35,639 nucleotides of DNA from assembly GCA_044225505.1 (NCBI GenBank), contig JBGAIN010000081.1, forward strand, positions 1 through 35,639, in the 5' to 3' direction. This DNA is from Limisphaerales bacterium. GTDB lineage: Bacteria; Verrucomicrobiota; Verrucomicrobiia; Limisphaerales; SIBE01. Positions 27,736-35,639 of the stretch are shown here, piece after piece; the stretch's first letter is position 1, and the number at the start of each line of letters is the position of its first letter. The translations under genes were made by a program, and so were the position numbers. The notes under the pieces were generated by a model. It made no database searches. It worked only from the letters and a program-made list of their open reading frames with translations, and was not told where the DNA came from.

Positions 27736-28770
27736 ATGTCATTCGCGCAGTTTCCAGCACAGGCACGCGTGATTCAACTTCTCCAGCGCTCGTTGGAGGC
27801 CGGCCGACTGTCGCATGCTTACGTGTTTGGCGGATCGGATCTCGAGGAGTTGGAGATGGTGGCGCGAAATTTGGCCAAGACTTTGAATTGCCTGCGGCCT
27901 GTCCGTAGTGCGGATTCCAGTTTTCCTCATGACTGTTGCGACGTCTGTTCGAGTTGCCGGAGAATTGATCATGAAGCCCATCCTGACGTGCAATGGGTCC
28001 GCCCGGAATCCAAATCAAGGGTTGTGACCATCGATCAAACGCGAGCCCTGATTCAGACCATCAGCCTCAAGCCGAGCGAGGCGCAATGGAAAGTGGCGGT
28101 GTTGGTGGCCGCCGATCGATTGAACAACCAAGCTGGCAACGCATTTCTCAAAACTCTCGAAGAACCGCCTTCGCAGACGATTATCCTGCTTCTTTCTACC
28201 GATCCGGGGCGGATGCTAGAAACAATTCTATCGCGTTGCTTACGGTTGACGTTCAGCGGCGAAGCGGGCCCGCGGTTCCAGGCATCAGACGCTGATTGGC
28301 TCACCGAGTTCAGTCAGATGGCGATGACGTCGCAGGCTGGGTTGTTGGCCCGCTATCGGCTTTTAGGGGCATTGCTTTCGAAGTTGGCGGCTATCAAGAG
28401 CGAGGTCGATGCCGCGTTGTCGGCCAGGTCGCCATTAGAACATCATGAGTCGGCGGAGGCGCGGTTACGCGAGAAATGGGAGGCTGAGCTTGCCGCGGCC
28501 GTCGAAGCAGAATACCGCCGGCGTCGTGGTGACCTTCTCTTGGCTCTTCAATGGTGGCTCCGAGATGTTTGGCTGAAGACGCGTTCCCTGGGTGAAGGTC
28601 TCTTGAAGTTTCCGGAATTGGCGACGGCCGCCGACGCCGTGGGTCGTCGGATAACACCGGCTCATGCTTTGGCGAACATCGAGGTTATCGAACAAACGCA
28701 ACGATTGCTCGGGTCGAACGTTCAGGAAGCACTGGCGCTGGAAGTTGGGCTTCTGAAGCTCAGACTGTGA
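27736..28770 (+). CDS. holB: DNA polymerase III delta' subunit
   Basis: RLSHAYVF, Zn module C..CDVCSSC, HPDV, AADRL, NAFLKTLEEPP, TILSRC; non-functional Walker A. ATG 27736 chosen. Confidence 0.88.
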   Translation: MSFAQFPAQARVIQLLQRSLEAGRLSHAYVFGGSDLEELEMVARNLAKTLNCLRPVRSADSSFPHDCCDVCSSCRRIDHEAHPDVQWVRPESKSRVVTIDQTRALIQTISLKPSEAQWKVAVLVAADRLNNQAGNAFLKTLEEPPSQTIILLLSTDPGRMLETILSRCLRLTFSGEAGPRFQASDADWLTEFSQMAMTSQAGLLARYRLLGALLSKLAAIKSEVDAALSARSPLEHHESAEARLREKWEAELAAAVEAEYRRRRGDLLLALQWWLRDVWLKTRSLGEGLLKFPELATAADAVGRRITPAHALANIEVIEQTQRLLGSNVQEALALEVGLLKLRL

Positions 28771-30068
28771 ATACAGAGCGGCTATTTGCCGGTGCTTTTG
28801 GCGGCGTTCTCGGGATTGCACTCCTTAAGTTTGGCAACCCAGTCGTTTTGGAACGTTTGGTGGAACCGCCTCGCGACGCCCTTGAGTTCATTTTCCAGCC
28901 GTGGCCCGCTCGCTGGGGCTATTTCCTACTACTAATCGCTGGTCTATTAGCGATTCCGGTGATCCACAAGCCGGCCCGGGTCCCCAAATGGGTGCTGATG
29001 CTGCCAATGCTCTGGTTGACTTGGCAAGGCATCGCCGCGACTGCGACGGTTGATTCGGGATTGACCTGGCCAACCTTGGTCCATTTTGGAATGAGCGTCG
29101 TCTGTTTCTATTTGGGCATCTTGGCCTTGGGGCGATCAAGGCACGCTCGTGGGCTTTGGACAGGCTTACTCGTTGGGTTTGCGCTCGTCCTGTGGACTGG
29201 CTTTGAACAGCATTACGGCGGTTTGGAAGCGACGCGTCGGATGTTTTACGAGCAGCCAAACTGGCAGCAGTTTCCACAGGAATATCTCAAGAAGATCCAG
29301 AGCAATCGTATTTTCGCCAGTCTAGTCTATCCGAACGCGTTGGCGGCGGCCATCATTCTGCTTGGACCTTCCTTGCTCTGGGCTGCTTGGGGTTTGCTCC
29401 GGCGCATTAGCCCGGTAGGACGCGCCATTCTCGTTGGCCTCTTAGCCTACGCAGCTCTGGCCTGCCTATACTGGTCGGGGTCGAAGTCCGGGTGGTTGAT
29501 CGCTCTGATTATGCTGCTCATGGTTCTCGGTCGGTTTCCGTTGCCCGCTCGCGTCAAGGGATGGCTAATTTTAGGCGTTATCATTGTCGGATTGGCTGGG
29601 TTCTTTTTCAAATACTCGGCCTACTTCCATCGAGGCGCCCCGAGCGTTTCAGCTCGTTTTGAGTATTGGCGGGCGGCAACCCGCACGGCTCTGGAAAATC
29701 CCATTCTCGGGACGGGGCCGGGGACGTTCTCCGTCGCCTATCGAAAAATCAAACCACCCGAGGCGGAGATGGCGCAGCTCGTCCATAACGACTATTTGGA
29801 ACAGGCATCGGATTCGGGGATGGTCGGCGCGCTCGCTTACGCCGGATTCACTTTCCTGTCGGTGCTGTTGCTTCCGCGTTTTCGTCCGGTCTTCCAGCAT
29901 TCTGGCGCGCTCGCCATCTGGCTGGGGCTTCTGGGGTGGTCCTTACAGAGCTTCGTAGAATTTCCACTTTATATTCCAGCGCTGGCCTGGCCCGCATTCA
30001 CTTTCCTTGGCTGGTTGTGGGCATGCCCTGCGGAACAATACGAGTTCGACAGTAGGGGCAGTCCCTGA
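28767..30068 (+). CDS. O-antigen ligase family (Wzy_C) membrane protein
   Basis: Polytopic; RIFASLVYPNALA, SGSKSG, ARFEYW, PILGTGPGTF, HNDYLE. GTGA overlap with holB. Confidence 0.88.
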   Translation: MNTERLFAGAFGGVLGIALLKFGNPVVLERLVEPPRDALEFIFQPWPARWGYFLLLIAGLLAIPVIHKPARVPKWVLMLPMLWLTWQGIAATATVDSGLTWPTLVHFGMSVVCFYLGILALGRSRHARGLWTGLLVGFALVLWTGFEQHYGGLEATRRMFYEQPNWQQFPQEYLKKIQSNRIFASLVYPNALAAAIILLGPSLLWAAWGLLRRISPVGRAILVGLLAYAALACLYWSGSKSGWLIALIMLLMVLGRFPLPARVKGWLILGVIIVGLAGFFFKYSAYFHRGAPSVSARFEYWRAATRTALENPILGTGPGTFSVAYRKIKPPEAEMAQLVHNDYLEQASDSGMVGALAYAGFTFLSVLLLPRFRPVFQHSGALAIWLGLLGWSLQSFVEFPLYIPALAWPAFTFLGWLWACPAEQYEFDSRGSP

Positions 30069-30084
30069 CATGCTGCCTTAGCCA

Positions 30085-30516
30085 ATGAAGATTCTCTTTC
30101 TGAACGGACCTAACTTGAACCTTCTGGGGCGTCGTGAACCCGGGATTTATGGTCGGCTTACCTTGTCGGAAATAGAAGAGCGAGTACGCGAGCGGGCCAA
30201 GAAATTAGGAGCTGAAGTGGACTTCCGGCAGACCAATCTGGAGGGGCAGCTCGTGACGTGGATCCAAGAGGCGACCGGGGTGTTTGAAGCGATCGTGTTG
30301 AACGCCGCAGGATACACCCACACGAGTGTGGCGCTCCGAGACGCCATCCTGGCCTCGGGTGTTCCCACGGTGGAAATTCACTTGTCCAACATCCATGCGC
30401 GAGAGGAATTCCGGCATCGTTCGATGATTGCGGGGGTCTGCCGTGGACAAATCAGTGGATTTGGTCTGAATTCGTATCTTTTGGGCTTGGAAGCGGCCGT
30501 TAACATTAACGCCTGA
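30085..30516 (+). CDS. aroQ: Type II 3-dehydroquinate dehydratase
   Basis: LNGPNLNLLGRREPGIYG, NAAGYTHTSVALRDA, EIHLSNIHAREEFR. Confidence 0.98.
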   Translation: MKILFLNGPNLNLLGRREPGIYGRLTLSEIEERVRERAKKLGAEVDFRQTNLEGQLVTWIQEATGVFEAIVLNAAGYTHTSVALRDAILASGVPTVEIHLSNIHAREEFRHRSMIAGVCRGQISGFGLNSYLLGLEAAVNINA

Positions 30517-30636
30517 GCTATTTGGGGCCGTTTTGAAGACTAAACGAATGCCAGGACAGGGCATCCAGCCGGTGAATCTGATCTTGACGACGTCCTCGGA
30601 GCTGCTTAGTCTCACGGTCAATTCAGAGACGAACAT

Positions 30637-30667
30637 AAGCAGGGTCGACTTTCGGCGCTGCTTTTTT
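30637..30667 (+). terminator. Terminator-like hairpin with U6 tract between aroQ and accB
   Basis: AAGCAGGGTCGA-CTT-TCGGCGCTGCTT (one mismatch, one G:U pair) running into TTTTTT. Confidence 0.5.
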
Positions 30668-30725
30668 GCTTAATGAGAGAAGCCACATACGACCGAGCCG
30701 AAACCACACGAACGGGGAGAGGCCT

Positions 30726-31178
30726 GTGGATCTGAAGGACATTAAAGCGATCATCGATCTGATGAAAAAGAATTCCATCACGGAATTCGAGCTTGAGCGG
30801 CAGGATTTCAAGATCCGGTTAAAGCGCGGGCAAAACGGAGGGCATTCGGCAGGCGGTGATGAAGCACTGCTGACCTATCCGATGCAGCAGGGCGGCCTGC
30901 CGGCGCCTGTGACGCTTCCTCCGCCGACGGCGACGAGTGATCTGGAAATCAAATCTCCGATGGTCGGCACGTTTTATCGGGCCCCTTCGCCGGAGTCGGC
31001 CAATTATGTCGAGATCGGATCCGAGGTAAACCCGGACACAGTGGTTTGCATTATTGAGGCAATGAAGGTGATGAACGAGATTAAAGCCGAGGTCAAAGGC
31101 GTCATCACGCAGGTGCTGATCGATAATGCTAAGCCAGTGGAGTTTGGGCAGCCCTTGTTCAAGATTCGGCCGATTTAG
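30726..31178 (+). CDS. accB: Acetyl-CoA carboxylase biotin carboxyl carrier protein
   Basis: GTG start [11 protein letters not shown] downstream of [21 protein letters not shown]; biotinylation motif EAMKVMNEI. Confidence 0.97.
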   Translation: MDLKDIKAIIDLMKKNSITEFELERQDFKIRLKRGQNGGHSAGGDEALLTYPMQQGGLPAPVTLPPPTATSDLEIKSPMVGTFYRAPSPESANYVEIGSEVNPDTVVCIIEAMKVMNEIKAEVKGVITQVLIDNAKPVEFGQPLFKIRPI

Positions 31179-31273
31179 GCCTGCTGAGCAGAACTCATCG
31201 ACTTTCTGCCTATGAGGTCCATCCGGCGCTTGAATCGTCCCGAAAAGAAAACAGACCAATCGTCCGCCGCCTC

Positions 31274-32656
31274 ATGTTTGAAAAGATCCTGATTGCCAAC
31301 CGAGGCGAAATTGCCGTTCGCATCATTCGCGCCTGCAAAGAATTAAACATTCGCACCGTTGCCGTGTATTCGGAAGCGGACGTAAATTCGATGCATGTGC
31401 AGTTGGCCGATGAGGCGATTTGCATTGGCAAGGGGCCGAGCAGCGAGAGTTATCTACGAATTGATCGCATTATCAGTGGCGCGGAGATTGCCGATGTCGA
31501 CGCTATTCACCCGGGATATGGATTTCTTTCTGAGAATCCACATTTCGCAGATGTTTGTGAAAACTGCAACATCCGCTTCATAGGACCAAGCTCCCACGCG
31601 ATGAACGCGTTGGAGAACAAGGCGATTAGCCGGGCCCTCGCGAAGAAGGCCGGAGTTCCTGTTCCTCCTGGATCTGAAGGAATCGTGGAGAACGAACAGG
31701 ACGCATTAGTGACGGCCAAGCGGATTGGTTATCCCGTGATTATCAAAGCCGTCGCGGGCGGAGGGGGACGGGGGATGCGCACCGCCCACAACGACGTCTC
31801 TTTAGTCAAAGGTTATCATACCGCGCGGACTGAGGCAGAAAAGGCGTTTGGGAACTCAGGTGTCTACATCGAGAAGTATATCGAAAATCCGCATCACATC
31901 GAATTTCAGATCCTGGGCGATGCGCGGGGTAATATTATTCACCTGGGAGAACGCGACTGTTCGATTCAGAGGCGTAACCAAAAGATCGTTGAAGAGACCC
32001 CTTCGCCGCTGATCGAGCACAAGTTTAAGGACCTGCGAAAGAAAATGGGGAAAGCGGCGATTCGCCTTGCTGAAACGGTCCGATATACGAGCGCTGGCAC
32101 AGTTGAGTTTCTGGTCGACGATCATGGGAATTTCTATTTTCTGGAAGTCAACAAACGAATTCAGGTCGAACACCCCATTACGGAGGAAGTGACCGGAATT
32201 GACTTGGTGAAGCAGCAGATTCTGATCGCGATGGGTGAACCGCTGCGGATTTCTCAGGGAGATTTAACCTTCCGGGGGCATGCTATCGAGTGCCGGATCA
32301 ATGCTGAAGATCCATTCGACGACTTTCGCCCCTGCCCAGGGCGCATCGAGATGTACTATTCGCCGGGAGGTCGAGGCGTCCGGGTGGATAGCCACGTCTA
32401 CGCCGGTTACCAGGTGCCTCCTCACTACGATTCACTCCTGAGCAAGGTGATTACTTTCGGGCGTGATCGGCGTGAAGCGATGGACAAGATGAATCGCGCT
32501 TTGGGGGAGTACATGATTACTGGGATCAAGACGACCATCCCGTTCGAACAAGCCATCCTCCAAGACCCGAATTTTCGTCGCGGAGTTTATTCGACGAACT
32601 TTATCGAACAACTTTTGGGGGGGCCACGCCGCGAGTTGATTGAAGAGAAGCCTTGA
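31274..32656 (+). CDS. accC: Acetyl-CoA carboxylase biotin carboxylase subunit
   Basis: [50 protein letters not shown]. Confidence 0.97.
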   Translation: MFEKILIANRGEIAVRIIRACKELNIRTVAVYSEADVNSMHVQLADEAICIGKGPSSESYLRIDRIISGAEIADVDAIHPGYGFLSENPHFADVCENCNIRFIGPSSHAMNALENKAISRALAKKAGVPVPPGSEGIVENEQDALVTAKRIGYPVIIKAVAGGGGRGMRTAHNDVSLVKGYHTARTEAEKAFGNSGVYIEKYIENPHHIEFQILGDARGNIIHLGERDCSIQRRNQKIVEETPSPLIEHKFKDLRKKMGKAAIRLAETVRYTSAGTVEFLVDDHGNFYFLEVNKRIQVEHPITEEVTGIDLVKQQILIAMGEPLRISQGDLTFRGHAIECRINAEDPFDDFRPCPGRIEMYYSPGGRGVRVDSHVYAGYQVPPHYDSLLSKVITFGRDRREAMDKMNRALGEYMITGIKTTIPFEQAILQDPNFRRGVYSTNFIEQLLGGPRRELIEEKP

Positions 32657-32723
32657 GTGTGCTTAGTCTGGCTGTCTTGGATGCCGTAAATGTCAGGAGG
32701 CTGAGTCTATCAGCCGAATTGTT

Positions 32724-35417
32724 ATGAGCGCGCCGCTACGCGTCTTGCTCGTTAAGGATTCCGACGACCAGTGCGGGCTTCTCGCCCGGCAGTTTGAGCA
32801 GGGCGGTTTCGCCCCGGATTGGAGCCGGGTCGCCTCGGTTAGCGCCCTACGGCAATCCCTTGAGGCACGGGAATGGGACTTGATCTTGGCCACGCACGAT
32901 CTGCCGGACTTGGATCTAGTCACGGTCGTCAGCCTCACCCAGGACTTGACGCCGGGATTGCCGGTGATTGTCCTCCGCAACCCTGGCGATAAGCAGCAAG
33001 CCCTCGCTGTGCGTGGGCTGGATCGATTCGACGACGTGACGGTGTCAGATTTGCCGAACCTCGTGCCAACCATCCAGCAGGTCTTGATCGAGGGGAAAGA
33101 GCGAGCGTTGCGTCACCGACATGGACATCTCGCTCAAGGACCGACAACCGAGAGTAACGCTGTGATGAACGATTTTCTGGCTGCGGCCGCGATTCTAGAC
33201 AACCGGGGAGTTGTCTTGGGAACGAAAGGGGAATGGAGACGCTTTTTCCACAACCAGCCGAATCATCCAGGTTGGAGCGACGCGGTCGGCAAGAACTATC
33301 TGGAGCTAACGCGTGCGACCCAAAGCCCGGACCGTTCACGAGTTTTGTCCGGAATTCAGGCCGTGCTCGATGGCGAAAGGCCGATCTTTTCTTGGAAGTC
33401 GAGAATCGGCGAGATCTCAGACGGTCGCGAATACATAGCGCAAGCGGTGTCTGATGGCGCTGGCGCGGGAGCAATCGTCACTCACATCGACGTGGGTGGA
33501 TGCGATCGAACGGTCGCGTCTTCTTGTTTGAGTGAAGCCCAATTTCGCGGCGTCGTCGAAAGTCTCGGGGAGGGCCTGTTGTTGACAGGATTGGACGATC
33601 GGGTGATTTATGCCAACAGCCGGATGGCACAACTCGCGGGCTTCTCAGCTCAGGATCTTCTTCATCAGGCCGCCTCGACGCTTATTCCATCCGAAGCTGG
33701 GCGCTCCGCTCCAAGCGGATTGGAAGCGACGGTGCCCGAGCGGGCCGAGTTACAGTTGTTACGCAAGGACGGGACAACCCTTTGGGTCGAAGTGAACGCA
33801 GCGCCGTTGCGCGACTCTCAAGGGAATGTCATTGGGCTGGTGCGGGCGTTTACCGATATTTCCGAGCGGCGTCAAGCGAGAGAGGCCTTGCGCAAGAGCC
33901 AGGCAAGCTTGCTCTGGGCACAACGAATTGGGCGGGTTGGCAGCTGGGAATTGAATGTTCCGACGCGTGCAATGGAATGGTCTGCTGAGACGTATCGAAT
34001 CTTTGATCGCGTTCCGCAGGGGCATGCACCAACGTTTGAACAACTCACAGAATTGTTGGCGGAGGAGGATCGAGTGCGAGTCGAGCAGGGCTTGGAGTTG
34101 GCGCTGCGTGACAAGACTTCCTATCAGGCAGACTGTTGGCTAGTTCGCCAGGGCGGAGCTCGTCGGTTCGTCCATCTTCAAGCTCAGATCATCGTGGACG
34201 CAGCGGAGAATCCAGTTCAGATGGTAGGGACCGTCCAAGATATTACCGAGCGAAAGCTTCTCGAGGAGCAGCTCCGGCAGTCGCAGAAGATGGATGCGGT
34301 CGGTCAATTGGCGGGCGGCATTGCTCACGACTTCAATAATATCCTTACGGTCATTCAGGGTTACACTGAACTCATTAGCTACCAGCCGGAGTTGAACACG
34401 CAAACTCGCACTTACGCGAATCAGATTTCCGTATCGGCCGAGAGAGCCTCGAGGCTGACGCGCCAGTTGCTGGCGTTCGGTCGCAAACAGCTTATCCAAC
34501 TCAAGAGTCTGGATTTGAATGCTTTGGTCCACCAACTCTCGGGCATGTTGCAGGGGCTGCTCGGGGAGCAAAGTCAGCTGCGGCTCAATCTCCAAGCCAA
34601 CCTCCCGTTCGTGCTCGCGGACTCTGGTTTGTTTGAGCAAGTCCTTGTTAATCTCGTCGTCAATGCCCGAGACGCGATGCCGAAGGGCGGCCGGCTATTT
34701 ATTGAAACGTCCTTGCATCAGATCGACAACGACTACTGTCGCGTGCACCCTGAGTCCGCGCCCGGAACCTATCTTTGTCTGGGCGTCATTGACACCGGTT
34801 CCGGCATGGACGCAAAGACAATGGACCACCTGTTCGAGCCGTTCTTCACGACCAAAGATGTGGGCCGAGGAACGGGGCTGGGGCTGCCGACCGTTTACGG
34901 GATTGTGAAGCAGCACCAAGGATGGATACAAGTGTCTAGCGAATTTGGACGCGGCAGCGCCTTTCGCATTTACTTGCCTGCAGCTCCGTCAACGTCGCCA
35001 GGCCCGGAGGGCGCGGCCTCGATTCCACTCGCCAATGGAGGCACGGAAACCGTCTTGCTGGTTGAAGATGAACCTGCGCTGCGCGGATTAGCCAAGTGCA
35101 TCCTCGAACGGTATGGCTACCGAGTTGTTGAGGCGGCTTGTGGTCCGGACGCTCTGACCGTTTGGGCTGATCGGAAGGGGGAAATCGATCTTCTCTTGAC
35201 CGACATGGTCATGCCTGGCGGGATGACTGGGCGTGAACTGGCGCTAAGGCTGGAAGCTCAGAAGCCGTCCTTGAAAGTTCTCTACACAAGCGGCTATAGC
35301 GTTGACTTTGTGGAAGGAAACCTGTTTCTGCGCGAGGGCGTCAATTTCGTTCCTAAACCCTATAACGGCACCTCACTCAGCCAAGCGGTTCGCAGCTGCC
35401 TCGACCGGGCTCGCTGA
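32724..35417 (+). CDS. Soluble hybrid sensor histidine kinase (pseudo-REC, PAS domains, HisKA, HATPase, REC), CckA-like
   Basis: PAS/PAC ends DISER and DITER; H-box AGGIAHDFNNIL; NLVVNARDAMP; DTGSGM; EPFFTTK; GTGLGL; C-terminal REC LLLTDMVMP. Confidence 0.93.
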   Translation: MSAPLRVLLVKDSDDQCGLLARQFEQGGFAPDWSRVASVSALRQSLEAREWDLILATHDLPDLDLVTVVSLTQDLTPGLPVIVLRNPGDKQQALAVRGLDRFDDVTVSDLPNLVPTIQQVLIEGKERALRHRHGHLAQGPTTESNAVMNDFLAAAAILDNRGVVLGTKGEWRRFFHNQPNHPGWSDAVGKNYLELTRATQSPDRSRVLSGIQAVLDGERPIFSWKSRIGEISDGREYIAQAVSDGAGAGAIVTHIDVGGCDRTVASSCLSEAQFRGVVESLGEGLLLTGLDDRVIYANSRMAQLAGFSAQDLLHQAASTLIPSEAGRSAPSGLEATVPERAELQLLRKDGTTLWVEVNAAPLRDSQGNVIGLVRAFTDISERRQAREALRKSQASLLWAQRIGRVGSWELNVPTRAMEWSAETYRIFDRVPQGHAPTFEQLTELLAEEDRVRVEQGLELALRDKTSYQADCWLVRQGGARRFVHLQAQIIVDAAENPVQMVGTVQDITERKLLEEQLRQSQKMDAVGQLAGGIAHDFNNILTVIQGYTELISYQPELNTQTRTYANQISVSAERASRLTRQLLAFGRKQLIQLKSLDLNALVHQLSGMLQGLLGEQSQLRLNLQANLPFVLADSGLFEQVLVNLVVNARDAMPKGGRLFIETSLHQIDNDYCRVHPESAPGTYLCLGVIDTGSGMDAKTMDHLFEPFFTTKDVGRGTGLGLPTVYGIVKQHQGWIQVSSEFGRGSAFRIYLPAAPSTSPGPEGAASIPLANGGTETVLLVEDEPALRGLAKCILERYGYRVVEAACGPDALTVWADRKGEIDLLLTDMVMPGGMTGRELALRLEAQKPSLKVLYTSGYSVDFVEGNLFLREGVNFVPKPYNGTSLSQAVRSCLDRAR

Positions 35418-35441
35418 CTCCAAGGCGAAGGAATCCATCGC

Positions 35442-35639
35442 GTGAAACCGCTTCGTGATTGCCAGCTCTATGCTTTCGTCGATACCGCTTACCTCGCGGG
35501 TCGATCGCCAACGTCGGTCGCTCAACTCTTGTGTGACGGAGGAGCGGATTTAATCCAACTCCGAGCCAAAACCGCGTCCAAGGTCGAGGTCGCTCGGCTG
35601 GCGGAGGCGCTTCTCCCGATCACCGCGCGTGCCGGCGTC
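35442..35639 (+). CDS. thiE: Thiamine phosphate synthase, 5' part (runs off the window; absent from the ORF track)
   Basis: GTG start; my translation MKPLRDCQLYAFVDTAYLAGRSPTSVAQLLCDGGADLIQLRAK... contains the LY and GG..LIQLRxK ThiE signature. Confidence 0.85.
   Translation, partial: MKPLRDCQLYAFVDTAYLAGRSPTSVAQLLCDGGADLIQLRAKTASKVEVARLAEALLPITARAGV

Noticed and set aside
329..34931. Numerous antisense and alternate-frame ORFs in the ORF track (e.g. 1359-2048, 8534-9211, 11942-12628, 20543-21217)
   Set aside because: They overlap well-supported genes, lack recognisable motifs, and are expected shadows in GC-rich coding DNA
35418..35441. TPP riboswitch ahead of thiE
   Set aside because: Only 24 bp of intergenic space and no TPP aptamer motif

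Overview
GC-rich bacterial chromosomal window. Gene content and repeat styles suggest the PVC superphylum, probably Verrucomicrobiota (inference, not verified). Left 12.5 kb: a seven-gene + strand cluster of a coiled-coil membrane protein, MoxR AAA+ ATPase, DUF58, BatA/vWA protein, Fe3+-type ABC substrate-binding protein, an ABC permease fused to an NHL beta-propeller, and a double-vWA/GATase-like membrane protein. No ABC ATPase is present. Next comes a - strand run of an NTF2-like protein, two secreted alpha/beta hydrolases and rdgB. At about 16.5-18.5 kb lies a decaying integron cassette array with no integrase: an attI-like site, one good attC, degenerate attC starts, four-helix-bundle and RelE/ParE remnants, and TolB-like and DUF1801-like cassette genes. 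The rest is mostly housekeeping: Zn-dependent dehydrogenase, a secreted SUMF1/FGE-fold protein, an orphan possibly of GT-A fold, fbaB, guaA, a lipoprotein, holB, O-antigen-ligase-like, aroQ, accB, accC, a hybrid PAS sensor kinase and the 5' part of thiE. No rRNA, tRNA or CRISPR array was seen. All family calls come from motif recognition by eye; no database searches were run.
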